A stretch of 64,000 nt of DNA from the human T2T-CHM13v2.0 reference genome, Homo sapiens: assembly GCF_009914755.1 (NCBI RefSeq), contig NC_060930.1; one strand, given 5' to 3'. Positions 49,231 to 64,000 of the stretch are shown here, piece by piece (the first letter of the stretch is position 1; the number at the start of each line of letters is the position of its first letter). Both the position numbers and the translations under genes were made by a program. The notes beneath the pieces are model-generated. The model saw nothing but the letters and a program-made list of their open reading frames with translations, was not told the origin of the DNA and searched no databases.

Positions 49231-51602
49231 ATGGTTTATACATCCATACATATCTATGTGTTTATACAGTAGGATAGTTAATTGAAACAGTTATTTAAAG
49301 CATATTTATCTCAATTATGTAAGTGGAAAGTAAATTTTTACAAATAAGAGAGTTCATCAGGTGTCATTCTTGAAGACTGCAAAATGACAATTTGGTATGG
49401 TTACATAAGAACTAATCTTCTCCTTTCCTAAAGTTCATTCTGTATTCATTTATTGTAATATGTTAAAAGACTATGTGCCCTTTGTAAAGTAGTTTTTTTC
49501 CATGCTGGATTAAATAACTTCTTTGTACATCATTTTCACATTTGGATGTGGCCATTTCTATTATACTCAGGGTAGCCAGAAATCTGCCAGTTTTCTGGAA
49601 CTAAAGTATGAGGATAGGCATCTGTATCTGAAAGAGTGGAAAAGAAACAGAAACTTGACCACAATATTGGAAGCTTCGATAGGTATAATCACTTATTTAG
49701 CATTCATTCCATAGGCAGCACTAGGAGGCAGTGCTAAGACTTCATGTTATACTTTTTATAGGTAGAATATTATTAAGCAACCCTTCATACCCATGTCTTT
49801 GTGTTGATTTCCTTACACTCCATTAGGAATCCCCTACCAATATCCCTGTTCCACTTCCTTAGTTTCCACCAGGTAAATGAACTTCTGAATTATTGAAGAT
49901 TCTCAGCCCCTCAGCCCTAACATGATACTTAATGATATTCTTTATTTCCAAAATGGCCACCTGTCCTCATTCTTCCTTGGCTTAGGTATTGTTTCTAGTT
50001 CAGAAATCAATAGTCTCCTCTTATGACATAGGGCCTGAATATTTTCTGATATTACATTGCTTTTGTAATTGTGGCTTTCTAATTTAAGCCTTGAATAGTA
50101 TGGCAATCAAGGGGGAAAAAAAAGCAATCATTCCTGGTCCAAATGGCCCCACACATCTCTCAGAGATGGCTCTAAACCCTTGTTAAAACTGTGTTCATTT
50201 GACATTTATCACATTTGTTGCATTCAAAAATGCTATGTATCAAAGCCGCATTATAAAATCCAGTTAGGGTTTTAACTGTTCCTAAGGCATAATGTGAATG
50301 AAACTACACCGAGAAAGTTTGGACCTTGATTTAGTTTTGAAAAATTCTTTGTTCCGCATCTTCTTAGGGATTCATAGAGCTCATTTGCATATCCTTGTGC
50401 TCCCAGGAACACATGGTAATGAAATAGAATTAACCTTATTTAACCTAGTATTTCTCCAACTAATTTTTTGACCATGGGAGCCTTACTTTTTCTCAGAATC
50501 TACATGAACCTGTCACCAAAACAAATCATCTGCACACACTTTGAGAAAGCCATTCTAAAGAGCTGTGTCCTCCTAGTTACTTCTGCGATTAATGCTAATA
50601 AAAGATTTAATTATTCTCTTAATTCTAATTGATTCTAATTGTGAGAAATATCCTGTGATCCTGTGTTTCTTACTCACCATCCTGACCTTGTCCGCTGAGT
50701 TTCTAATCATTCTTCAAAGAGTGGCTTAAATACTATCATCTTCTTAAAACTTTTTCTGTTCCTCTCCCAGTTTATCCTAAAAAGCAATTTCCTGCAGCCC
50801 TCTTATCACATTCTGATTTTTATCATAATTATGTGCACACCTGTATATTCTGAAGTCAGAAACAGTGCAAAATTCCTTTTTGGATTTCCTATAAAACCTA
50901 GTTTAAAATAAGTGTTTAATAAATATTTTTGGCTACATTGTAAGGCATCAGTTTTTATACACCTTCCAAAAATTCATTTGCCAGAAAAGATCTTTTGAAG
51001 CCACAATCTTGGCCATCTATAATATCAAAAGGTAAGGAGGAGTGTTAATTATTTCCTCTATGAGGTCAGGCCTTCAAGAGAGGTAGCAAATCCTCACACA
51101 TACAATTATAGTGGAGCCACTGTTCCATGGCTAATTACTTATTAGTCATTTCATTGCTAATTTAATTAATCACATTAATATAAAACTTTATGTTGATTTT
51201 GTAAAATGCGTTACAAGTTAGGTCAATATCCTGGCCCTCATTATATGGATGGGGAAAGAAGACATAAAACATTGATCTGATTGATTACCTCAAGGTTATT
51301 CCTTATGGTAAAGATAGAACAAAATAAAAACTCATCTGAGTCCATTTCTAACACCCTGAACATCTTCTGATTGTAACACTAGGACTAAGGAAATGCATGT
51401 TTTTGCTAAATGTGCACCTGTTCAGTGCAGATTCAGAAGTGATGCATGGCCAATGGCATCGTCTAACAGCAGTCATTTCAAGATGGTGGACTGACCACAA
51501 ATGGAAGCTGATTCACTGTCAAATATGTGTGGATAATGCTAGGAAGCTTAAGCAGATATTTCTGTAAACATTAGATTTATTTTTTATGAAACTTCCAACA
51601 TC

Positions 51603-52032
<430 letters not shown>

Positions 52033-52104
52033 TTAATCAGTCTGCTTCCAGGAGAAGCCTCTTAACCAATCTCTACTAGCTGTCTCATTCCTGTGGTTCA
52101 TCCT

Positions 52105-52542
52105 TCTGTGGCACTAACTGCCAGCTATTCACTAACATTGGTTCCTCTCTTCTTTAATAGCAGCTAGATCTATGACTGCCCAGCTGCATTTAACAGCCTC
52201 CTACGTAGCCAGGGGACTAGTTTTCCCCATTGGCGTGTGCATGAAAATGATAGGTATAACTTACAAGCCTGGCCCCAAAAAGCTTCCAAATGTGCTCCAG
52301 TATCCTCTTCCCATGGACTCTAGCTCTAGTCCTATGGCTAGACTAGAGCTACAGGAGGAAGCCACATGTTGAAGATGGCAGAGCCAGTGCCTAGCCTGGG
52401 TCTCTGACGAACTTCATGGAACACAGCCTCTGTCAGTCTAGTCACCCAGCTTGGATTATGTGAGAAAGAAAAACATTCTATTGTGTTTGAACCATTACAG
52501 TGTGGGTCTGTTTGTTACAGTCATTTGCCCTGCCCTCATACA
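52105..52542 (+). mobile_element. MLT1I/J-like MaLR LTR
   Basis: GAAGCCACATGTTGAAGATGGCAGAGCC...GTGAGAAAGAAAAACATTCTATTGTGTTT...TTTGTTACAG. Confidence 0.65.
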
Positions 52543-52867
52543 CTTATACTCATGATTTCTCTTTCCCAAGCCAGATTCCTTTGTCACAAAAGTCAGTGAC
52601 TCACCTCACACCTGATTGCCTGGGCTGATCTTCCATTTCTCAAATTGCAGCCCCTGCAAGCTAAGCTAAGGAGCCTGGGACTCTTGACTGCTTTTCCCGC
52701 TTGCGGTTGCCAGCTTTACCACAGAGATCCCTTTTCCCCGTCACATACTCTGAATTTGGAAGAAATTCTACTGCTTTGTCTAATTTTTTATATTACTCAT
52801 ATGTGATATTCTTCATTAGAACATAACTCAAAACTAACATAATGGTTTTAAAATAGACTTTATGCCT

Positions 52868-53455
<588 letters not shown>

Positions 53456-55187
53456 TATGCCTGTTTTTTATTCCAAATGTTTAGAAATTTTAGAAAATAT
53501 GGATAGGCAAAAACAAAAAAACAAAATCACCTCTAATCTCACCACCTAGATATAATCACTGTCAATGTGTTGGTATGTAACTCATGACTTACTGATCATA
53601 TATAAAATCGTGAAATTGAACATGAAAACTTAGGTCTACTTAAAACCACAGATCTAATTTTCACATGAATAAAATACACCAGGGAGTTCCAGAAAATTAA
53701 TTGATTTCAGAGAAGGGTAAATACCAACTTTTAGATGAATTCTAAAAATGTGTGGGCCCCCAAGATAATTTTCTTATAAATTTCCAGTATGCTCAACCAA
53801 ATGCCAAAGACGCCTATCCTCTGAGGCTTGCCTTTTATTGGGCCAAAGGGATATGTAGTTGTTTTGATATGTTGCAAAGCTCCAGGCTCTGAAACCCACT
53901 AGACGCTGAGCAATTTGAGGGCTGCATGGGGCCTTGTTTCCTGTTGTCTCAGCACCTGGTCCACAGCGAGATCTCAGAAAATGCTTTTTGAATTAGTGGC
54001 CCTGGACAGTTTATAAATTATAAATTGTGTCCTCAAGTATTTCTTATGAAAATAGTCACACAGCATCCCAATGCCAAATTGTTTCAGATTTGAGAACGCT
54101 TTTAATGAAGAAAAAAGGAAAAATAATTTCTGAAGATTTTTCACCATAGATATTTTTACTTGAATTTTTGCTGATACTTTTTTCTCTATTTTGATTGCCT
54201 TTTTCTTCTTTTCTGCCTTTTGGTGACATTGGCAGGGCCTGGAGCTCAGCCTCAGACAGAAAATTAGACTACGATGAATTTTTACCTTGCATTTTGAAGA
54301 TATACCAACTTTCTTCTCTGCCACTGGGCTTACATTCTTCACGGGTAAAAGTAGAAGGTTGGACTCAATGGCCTCTGTCATGCCTTCCTTCTGGCTTTTA
54401 CACCCCAGATTCTACAGATCCTGTCTCTGGCCAACAGAACACCCTTAAAATTACTCAAGGAAGAAGAGGGCCAAGCCTGAAAAGAATCCATCTGGTGACG
54501 GCCATTGACAAGTGCCTGGAGCAGTGATTTATTCTTGAAGAATGCCCTTTCCCTGTTGATGCTTAGTCAGCAGGGACAGCTGCTGGAAGAGGCATGGGTA
54601 GGATAATTCGTAAGTCATTTTTGGTAGAATATCAGGAATCAGTGCTCAGTGAGGTGGGAGAAGTCTACATACTTACATAAAATCATAAACTACCTTAAGA
54701 ATAGATCAAACAACATGCAATGCACACTTCCAGAAAAGTCTCGAGGCAGGTAGCGTTTTAAGTTTTTCTCCTAATGTCTGTATAACACATTTCTTTTGAC
54801 ATTCCATAGGAGAGTAACTTTAACTTTAGCTGAAATAATTTTTAAGTTTACTATTTTAGGCTGAGAGCTGTAGCTTGAGGATTTAGGTGGCTTTGTCCTG
54901 ACAAATAGTTTTTTCAAAGGTATTTTCTTGTAATAGCCAGTGCAATAGCTGCCTCCCTCTGCTTTTACAGAACATTTTGATGCTTGAGGTCTGCCGAAGT
55001 CTGATTAATCTTCCTTTTGCCTCAACACTGGGCACCTTCTTCACAGAAAGTCAGAGGATAAATGCAGAGGGCCTCCTCTGAAGCTTCAGTTTGTCCCCAA
55101 ATCTCTTTCAGTCTGGAAGAACCCAGTACTCTAAAGTAGTCTTCACTCTTGCAATTGAGGTGGTTTCCCACTTAAGATCCCGGGTCT

Positions 55188-55246
55188 GGCAGGGTACATT
55201 GGCTCATGCGGTGGCTCACGCCTGTAATCCCAGCACTTTGGGAGGC
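55188..55246 (+). mobile_element. Alu 5' head fragment with duplicated start
   Basis: GGCAGGGTACATTGGCTCAT followed by GCGGTGGCTCACGCCTGTAATCCCAGCACTTTGGGAGGC, then unique DNA. Confidence 0.85.
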
Positions 55247-55386
55247 ATAAGGCTATTGTGACAAAATCACACAGCAAGAGCTCAGTAAATATTCTCTCCT
55301 CCCTTCCTGCTTTTTCTATGCTGGGCAATGGACATCAAATCTGCACATACGTTACAGGATAAGAAAGAAAAGTGTCCCCCATATTA

Positions 55387-55467
55387 TTAGGTTGGTACAA
55401 AAGCAATTGCAGTTTTGCCATTACTTATTTTAATGGCAAAGATGCAATAACTTTTGCACCAACCTAA
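55387..55467. mobile_element. MADE1 (Hsmar1 mariner MITE)
   Basis: TTAGGTTGGTACAAAAG...CTTTTGCACCAACCTAA terminal inverted repeats; TA on both sides (55385-55386, 55468-55469). Confidence 0.95.
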
Positions 55468-56900
55468 TATCTACCTTGGGAATATCTCTGTGTTCACGTG
55501 GGCACTGTGCTTGGTAGGTGATATGGAAGTTTAACTCATCTTTTGGAGCAAATAATGTGGAGAAAACAGACCCTACAAACAGCAGGTGACCACTGGTCTG
55601 AGACACAGTGAGGACATCAGCCAGGACCCCACAGGGGTGGGAGGAATCTTTTCCTCTCCCTGTGATATCTTGGATTGCCCTCTTAGAGAGTTTTTCCTTT
55701 GACTAAGGCCTTTGTTTCCATAAAAATGCAGATATTCCCAAGACAGCAGCACAGGAAACCTTATCATCCATGTGCACAGTTCATTTTTCAGTTGTGCTAT
55801 TATTCTCTGTAATGATATTTTTTTACCTGTATGAAATCTCACATGCTCAGGTGCATTCATTTTATAGAGTTTTAAAGCTGATAACCTCAACCAAAATGTG
55901 TATTATTGGGTTTTATTTTCCCTTTTTTTCTGCAGTAATTTCAAAGGTGTAACTGAGCTTAGCTGTAAATTGCTGGTTTTAGCTCTTCATGGCAGGCAGC
56001 ATTTGATCATTGACAACTCTGTTTTCTTCATTGTTTCCTGACTAAAATCTCCACAGCCTCTATAAATATGTAAATTACCCAAATCACTAGTTTTCCATTA
56101 TTTCTGCCCCTAAGCTGTTTAAAATGTTTCTATATTCCTACATTTGCAGTGCAAAACAGAGCAGCAGGTGACAGCTGAGTTTGACTCTATTATGGAACCT
56201 CTATTTAGCAGCTACTTGTTTCAAAGTTTCTGACAATAAATTTTGTCCTAGGGTGGGCTCCGTGTCCTGTGCTGAGGCTGGCAAAGGTCAGAATCCAACG
56301 GAACAGGAATGCAAAGATGTGTGTGTGTGGATGCAGGGCCTGTGGACATCTCATGCTACATGAAATGCTGCTTGTGAACTCTGGTTTTATGACAGTGGAA
56401 GTAAATGGGGTTCTTTTTATTGCCTTCTCTTCCATTGGCAAGACTCAAGTAGTGAACCTAACCTAACGTGGTGCCTGCATATGATTTTGTTATCCTCTTC
56501 CGATTCATTGTCCATTAAGTGAGTCTGTCATGAGCTGGATCATTGGGTCTCTGTGTGGGCTTGTACCACTTTGCAGCAGGGAAAGAGAACAACTATATGT
56601 TGCATATATATTCCTGTGGATTTGTGTAGATACATATATGTGCATACAGCTTGAGAGAAACCAACAGAGAGAGACACTGAAACAATAGGAGAAAATTTTA
56701 GGAAAGAGATCGTTGTCAGGAAAGCTTATTGAAGGGATCTTGGGATTTGCTTACCCAATTCAAACCCTAGTGCTGAGGATGAGAAATAGGTTTCTGTAAT
56801 GACTGCCTCACATGACTGAAGAAGCCCCAAAAGTGAATGTGTATTTCAATACCAGATGCAGGCTAAGCCTGAGATAGGCATCCATCTAAACTAGGCCTCA

Positions 56901-57187
<287 letters not shown>

Positions 57188-57503
57188 AAACTAGGCCTTG
57201 ATGTGGAGGGGGTAGGAACCATCAATCTGTGAATGTGTTTATTTGAATCTTGGAGGCTGCTTTTGTACAGTAAAGTCCTTGAAGAATCTACACTAAATTC
57301 GAGTCAGTAATGTTGATCTCACTGAAAATGAAAACCCATTGTATTTGTATGGTATTACACACCTTTGAAAATGTTTACATGGTAGTTTCTGAAAACCTGT
57401 GGGGTACATAAACTGCTAATGTCTCCACTTGACACAGGAGAAGAGAGTCAAGAAAATTAAATAAAACATAATTATTAAATGGGAAAAGAGCTCAAACGGG
57501 GAA

Positions 57504-57537
57504 CAGGTACTGGCAAACTGTGACCATCCATCTTTTT

Positions 57538-57604
<67 letters not shown>

Positions 57605-57803
57605 CTTTCTTGTCTTTTGTACCATCTGTCCTCATAAATAAAGTTTGATTGGAGCTTTAGGGTGGAACAGCTGTCCTCGTTTGTTTGCTTATTGTCCATA
57701 CTGCTTTTACACTGCAGTGGTAAGGTTGAGTCGCTGTGACAGAAAACTTATGCCTAAAATATTTACTATCCAGCTCTTTAGAGAAAAAGTTTGCTAACCA
57801 CTG
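57504..57803 (-). mobile_element. MER58A (hAT-Charlie) containing a (TTTC)n tract
   Basis: Ends CAGGTACTGGCAAAC...AGTTTGCTAACCACTG; internal GCCTAAAATATTTACTATC. Confidence 0.75.
57536..57603 (+). repeat. (TTTC)17 perfect tetranucleotide STR
   Basis: Counted from sequence. Confidence 0.95.
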
Positions 57804-58294
57804 AGCTGAATCACAGGCCTCCCAGGAATGCCCATTCAGTCTACGGTGACAAGGCCGGTTCATGTTACACCCCAGGAACTTTGTCAGGTGTTCGTGTGGA
57901 CCCGGAGCATGATGTTATGAGGCTTTCATTATCCCCATCTGAACTCATTTAGTGCTCCAGTGTCTTGATGTATGGTGACAATTTTCGGGGAGAGCAAAGG
58001 ATGTTTTAGAGCATTTAGTTTTCATAGAACTTCAGGAAATTATCATCTAATCCCTCAAGAACCATTTCCCAGTCTGGTAAGAGAGAATGTGATCAGTAGG
58101 GTTTTTTTAATGTTCTCAATGACCACACTTGGCCCATTTTAGTGACAGATATTCCCCTCAAATAGAAGGGATCACTTATTCACCAAAGCGAATGGTACCC
58201 TGGGGACCCTCAGTTCTCATTGCCTACCCACCCCCAGGCCACCCAGGTGCTAGGGCTCCTGGCAAGTGGCGTATCTGGGGGAGAAGATGCTTCC

Positions 58295-58302
58295 TGACGT
58301 CA
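58295..58302. promoter_or_regulatory. Full CRE palindrome TGACGTCA overlapping an ETS core (CTTCCTG)
   Basis: GCTTCCTGACGTCAC in a locally GC- and CpG-richer unique segment; function not shown. Confidence 0.4.
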
Positions 58303-59657
58303 CACCGCTCTCACTTGCAAAGGGGTTGGCAAGAGAAGTGAGAAGGGAGGGAATGAGCAAGAGAGAACTGGGACTATATCTCTGCTGCCACCTGCTACTC
58401 TCTCCGGGCGCAGCGGTGCCCTCTTTACTTCTCAGCCATTTCTTTAGTGACCCTGCTGTTGCTGGGTAGAAAATGCCACTCAAAAGGACTCAGGGCTCAT
58501 GGAAAACTCCCTGCAATGAGTCGAAAGGCTCATGTTGTTTGATCTAAAGAGAACTATTATAAAGTGACCCAAAAAACCTCGGATCCATATGTGTCCAGGC
58601 TGCGAATGAGAGGAGCCCATTATCTGGAATCTTTCAGACTTTTACACAATACGGTGGAGCTCTGTCATGCCAGATAATTTGTGCTGGCCAGTCTATATGT
58701 TATTTTCAAAAAATAGAAAAGAAAGATTTTTTTCCACCTATACAACAAATCGCATATAATTAATGACTAGTTATATTTTATTTGGAGAAATAGCAGTTTT
58801 ACAAATATATTTTGTAATGATGTTTTCAGTGATCGGGATCCTCAACACAGTAGTGCATACAACTAAAACCTGGATTTGTTTGATCTCTTGACAGACAGTA
58901 CTAATTGTTGACGCTAGTCACATTTTCAGGAATAGAATACATCTCTTTGTGGTGTTTTCTCGAGAATTGAATGTTCTGTCAAATACTATTTGAGATCCTT
59001 TGAGGTGGGTGGATATTATTCGTCCTTGACTTAGCCTGTTACCTCTGGGCAAAATGATTTTTTAAAAGCCTGCATGTAACTGAACAGAAATGCTTACAAA
59101 GGGATAAAATTGTGGAATGTTTTTCTATGATCTATTTTCCTTAAAGTGTCCATAGTGAATGAGAAGGAAGCTCTCTTTGGACCCTGCCTTAGCTGGATGG
59201 CTACGTCAATGCTGTAGCAACACGGTTGTTTAGCAGAGGTAAACACTGCCTGCTTGCCTCCTTATCTTACTGCCTTCTGTTACCTTCAAAAGTCAGGATT
59301 CCCAGGTTAACTCACCAAAACTTTAGATCTCCACCATATGAAGTTAACACATCAGCTGACAAGTTAGAGTGAAATGAAACTGAAGATTCGGCTCCTCTTC
59401 CTCCTTTATACATGAAGATGTCATAGCCCAGGGACTCTGAGCTACAAAGCCAAAACTGGGATCCAAATTTAGGGCCCCTGCTCCACACTCCTGAGATCTG
59501 TGGGGCAAAATATGTTAGCAATCTCTGGCCAGTCCTTTCCCTGTTCAATCCAATAGTGTCTTTCTTAGAAATGCCTTTCCCTTTGACCAAGATGGCCCTT
59601 TTGCACATTCTAGGAGATCTGCACAGAGTTACCTTCAAGACAGTGCCAAGCCTTTGC

Positions 59658-60085
59658 TGTACCAGTTATCTATTGCTGTTTTAGAAACTACCCAAAAACT
59701 TAGTGTCCTAATATTATGACCATGTGTTATTATTTATGAATCTGTGGGTCAGCTGAGTAGCTGGTCTGGGCCAGATGCAGCTGATCCCAGACAGACTAGC
59801 CATGCATCAGCTCTCAGCTGTTGGGTTGGTTGGGGCCTGCCAGATCTAGAAGGGCCTCACTCACCTGTCTGGTGATTGCCTGGCTAAGAGTGATGGCTGT
59901 AACTAGACCATATGTCTCTAGCCATTCATCATGCTACGACAGATTTTTCTTTCACAAAACAAGGACAGACTCTCAAAAGAGTGTGTGCAAGCATGCAAGG
60001 CCCATGAGGCCTAGACTCAGACCTGATGCACCGTTACTTCTCATAGATTCTGTTGGTCAAAGCCAGTCCAAGACAAAGGGTGGGG
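59658..60085 (-). mobile_element. MLT1G/H-like MaLR LTR
   Basis: Starts TGTACCAGTTATCTATTGCTG...AAACTACCCAAAAACTTAGTG (reverse of the MLT1 3' end). Confidence 0.7.
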
Positions 60086-61384
60086 GAAAAGATTCTATTT
60101 CTTTTTTTTTTTATGCTGAATGTTTATAATTAAGTAAGCTTACTCTAAGAAGCACAAATTTAGAACACAAGAAACTAAAAACTTCTTAGTGGGAAAAACT
60201 GCAAAGTGTGATTAGAGGAAGGAGTGGAGAATTGGAGCTATTTCTTGCAATCAGTTTATGTAGATGTGAACCTAGGCCTGGAGCCCTAACATATGAATCA
60301 TTTAAAATTGGAAGATATGTTAAATATCCAGCCCAGTCCCCTCAATTTATAAATGAGGGAACTGAGGCCCTCTCCAACACACAGTTCCTGATTGTCTGCT
60401 TTGAGCCAAAGCCAAATCCAGTGAACAAGCTGCTTAACTTTAAATAGCTATTAAATAGAGCATAAAAGGGTAAAAATCATCTTAGGTCCATTTCTAGCTA
60501 TCTAGGCATTATCCTTCAATCTAGCAGTCCACCTTTTAGGAGTTCACCCTGAGCATACACCTCCAACAATACGAAAGTACAGATGCACAGGTTATTCATT
60601 ACATCAGTATTTGTAACTTTGCAATATTGGAAACTATCTAGATGTCCAAGCATAGAGAGTGATTGAATGGCCTATGGTACATATATACACTGGATTACTA
60701 TGCAGCTGGAAAAAAATGGTATGAGAATGATCACCAGGAACGGATACAGAGTGATTTTCAGGATAAAGTGTTAAAGAAAAACAGTGACATCCAAAAGAAC
60801 ATAGGCTATATTTTATATAAGAAATAAGGGAAATTATTAAAATATATGTACCTTTGCTTATTTTACAAAAAAAAAAAATCAAGAAAAATAATCCAGAACG
60901 CAATGAAGTTGGTTATCCTCAAGGAGTGGGAGAGAATAGGTTGGAAAATATACAGTAAAGAGAAATTTTTTTCTAAGTATACCTTCTTGTACAGTTTTCA
61001 CATTAGGAAGCATCACTCTCTATCCTTTCAATCCTGAGGTTAACTAAGGAAGTACATATTGGAAAAATATAATTAAATCTTTAGAGAGGAAAAGGATTTT
61101 AGAAACCTGAAAATGAAAGCAAATTGAAACAAGTCAACCTGATTGTATTTTAAATGAATATCCCAACCACAATCAGTGCAAAAAAAAGAAAGGAAGAACT
61201 AGTTCAGGTAATTTGGGAACATCATATCTGACTACCTGTCCTCAGTATCGGGCAGATAGGGGTAGGGGCAGAATTTCAAGCAAATATTGGTATGGATGAA
61301 GCAGTTTTGAAACAATTTTAAATGTATTATAGGATTGATCAAACACATACATGAGGAAGAAGAATCATACAAATATGAAATGGG

Positions 61385-61803
<419 letters not shown>

Positions 61804-62016
61804 TCACATACGTGTGTGCATGTATGTATGTGTAAGCAAGTGTGTGGGTGCATGTGCGTGCTTCCTAATTCACTCACCACTGAAAGACACCCATGAGCAG
61901 TGAGCACACACAGCATCCAGATCTTGGTCTTTCATACGATTCCTTGCTCAAAGGAACCAGGGCTCCCTGGAGAAATAGGTGATTGCAGTGGAGTCCTGGT
62001 TAAGATGAGGCTAGAG

Positions 62017-62251
62017 CAAACTTGTCCAACCTGCGACCCACAGGCCGCATACGGCCCAGGATGGCTTAGAATGAGGCCCAGCACAAATTCATAAACTTCC
62101 TTAAAACATTATGAGATTGTTTTTGCGACTTTTTTTTTTTTTTTTTTTAGCTCATCAGCGATCGTTAGTGTTAGTGTATTTTATGCATGGCCTGAGACAG
62201 TTCTTCCCTTCTAATGTGGCCCAGGGAAGCCAAAAGATTGCGCACCCCTAG
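62017..62251. mobile_element. MER30 (hAT-Charlie)
   Basis: GGCCCAGGATGGCTT...TTAGTGTTAGTGTATTTTATG...GTGGCCCAGGGAAGCCAAAAGATTG; TSD GGCTAGAG/TGCTAGAG. Confidence 0.88.
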
Positions 62252-63409
62252 TGCTAGAGATTTTGTCATGTTAGGAAGGAAGGAGATGCTAAAAGAAAAC
62301 AGACAACAACAACAACGACAACAACAAGATAACCACAAGGCATTGAAGTCAGCTACTGAGGAGTTTGTTTTGACCAGAGCTGGGACAATTTGAGTAGCAA
62401 AAGAATTATAGTAACTAATTACACAGAATTGGAAAAAAGGAGGAATTCATGCCTCCCTGTCAATAATAAATTGATAATGGCAGAAAAGGGAGGGTCATTG
62501 CTTGCGGTGAACTCGGAGTGGAAGAAGTGCTGAATTGGAGAGTCAGCCTTTTGCAGCCATCAAAGTGAAGGTTGAATCAGGCAAAAATCATCAAGCATTG
62601 CTAAATGTAGGGGAAAATTTTGGTGCAGAATATGTTTGCATTGACTTACAATATCTCTCCAGTGACTGCTTTTTACTTGCAAGGGGAAAAACAGTAATTA
62701 TATAGTGGAGTAATCAGTTTCACACCTTGACTAGGTGATCAAAATTATTGCCATCAATGAGACCTGTGCCTTCAGATGTAATATCATAAGAAAGACATAA
62801 TGTCACCTGTAATATTCAGGATGAGAATGATAATCATGACGAAACATCAGACAAATGCAAAATCCTGGACTTTTTAAAATAAAAAAGGGAGCAGGAAGTC
62901 TTCATTTTCAGAAATTTACATATCATAAAAGGCAAAAAATAAATACTGAGAATCTGTTCCAGATCAAAGCAGACTAAAGAGACATGAGAACTAATCTCAG
63001 TATCTGACCCTAGACTAGGTCCTGTACTATGGGGGAAAGAAATGCCGAAAAGGACATTATTGAGTCAATTGATGAAATTGGAATACAGACAGTAGATTAG
63101 ATAAAAGTATTGTGTCAATGTTAAATACACAGAAGTTGATAGCTTTTCTGTAGTTAGGTAAGAAAACATCTCTATTCTCATGAAATACATGCTGAAGTAC
63201 CTAGGAGAAATGGGTAAGATGTACGTTACACCCTCCAATAGTTCTGAGTACATAATGATACATAATTTCTGTATTTATAGAAAAACAGAGAGTCTGCAAT
63301 AATAAAGCAAATGAAGTCAACGTTAGGTGGACTTTGTTTTTGCCATTTTTCTGTAAATTTGAACTTATGTCCAATTAAAATATTTAAAACATTTTTTTAA
63401 AAAGACAAA

Positions 63410-63600
63410 TGAGTTTGAATACTAGTCCACTATCTACTAGTTGTGTAACCTAGGAGTCTACTTAATTTCTCTGATCTTTGGTTTCCTCATTAGAGAAACA
63501 AGAATATCACCTTTCTTGTCTTCTCTTGAGGATAAGCCATTGCGCATCAAGTGACTAGCAAAGTGCCTGGCCCTACAGAGTATGCATTCAATAAATGACA
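63410..63600 (+). mobile_element. MIR
   Basis: CTTAATTTCTCTGATCTTTGGTTTCCTCAT...GCAAAGTGCCTGGC...CAATAAATG. Confidence 0.7.
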
Positions 63601-63723
63601 GCTTTTCCATTCACATCTAAACATACTTAGGTTATCGTTACATCAACTGCTTTATTGGTGAAGATTCTCTTTTTTCAAAGTAGTCTGAAAGCTCCAAGAG
63701 GAAAGAATTGCATTTTCTGCAAA

Positions 63724-64000
63724 TTTTTGTTTATTATTATACTTCAAGTTCTAGGGTACATGTGCACAATGTGCAGGTTTGTTACATACGTATACATGTG
63801 CCATGTTGGTGTGCTTCACCCATTAACTCGTTATTTACATTAGGTATATCTCCTAATGCTATCCCTCCCCCCTCCCCCCACCCCACAACAGGCCCCGGTG
63901 TGTGATGTTCTCCTTCCTGTGTCCAAGTGTTCTCACTCGTCAATTCCCACCTATGAGTGAGAACATGCGGTGTTTGGTTTTTTTGTCCTTCTGAGAGTTT
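63724..64000 (-). mobile_element. L1PA (approx. PA4-PA7) 3' end, runs off the window
   Basis: AAGTTCTAGGGTACATGTGCACAATGTGCAGG...TAACTCG (non-Ta GAG type)...CCCACCTATGAGTGAGAACATGCGG. Confidence 0.93.

Overview
AT-rich human genomic DNA (about 40% GC by eye, no CpG island), intronic or intergenic in character. The human assignment rests on a human-specific L1HS-Ta element. I recognise no host protein-coding exon, tRNA, rRNA or CRISPR array, and I cannot name the locus. Interspersed repeats are dense: about 20 Alu/FLAM/FAM SINEs, old L1M, MIR and L2 fragments, MLT1/MLT2 LTRs, hAT-type MER elements and a MADE1 mariner MITE. The dominant feature is a very young, 5'-truncated L1HS Ta-1 insertion (19968-22594) with a perfect 20-bp target-site duplication (TSD). 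Its ORF2 is uninterrupted from codon 475 to the stop and has an in-frame ATG at codon 485, so it could in principle encode an endonuclease-less RT protein. Other structures not explained by repeat annotation: a ~225-bp AT-rich fold-back palindrome built from an inverted duplication of an MLT2 LTR end, next to a tail-less AluY fragment; a spacer-less 30-bp palindrome; a chimeric Alu head lacking its 3' part; and several repeat-free, CpG-retaining segments with enhancer-like or exon-like signals. Repeat subfamily calls come from remembered consensus sequences and need RepeatMasker/Dfam confirmation. Boundaries of the old elements are approximate.
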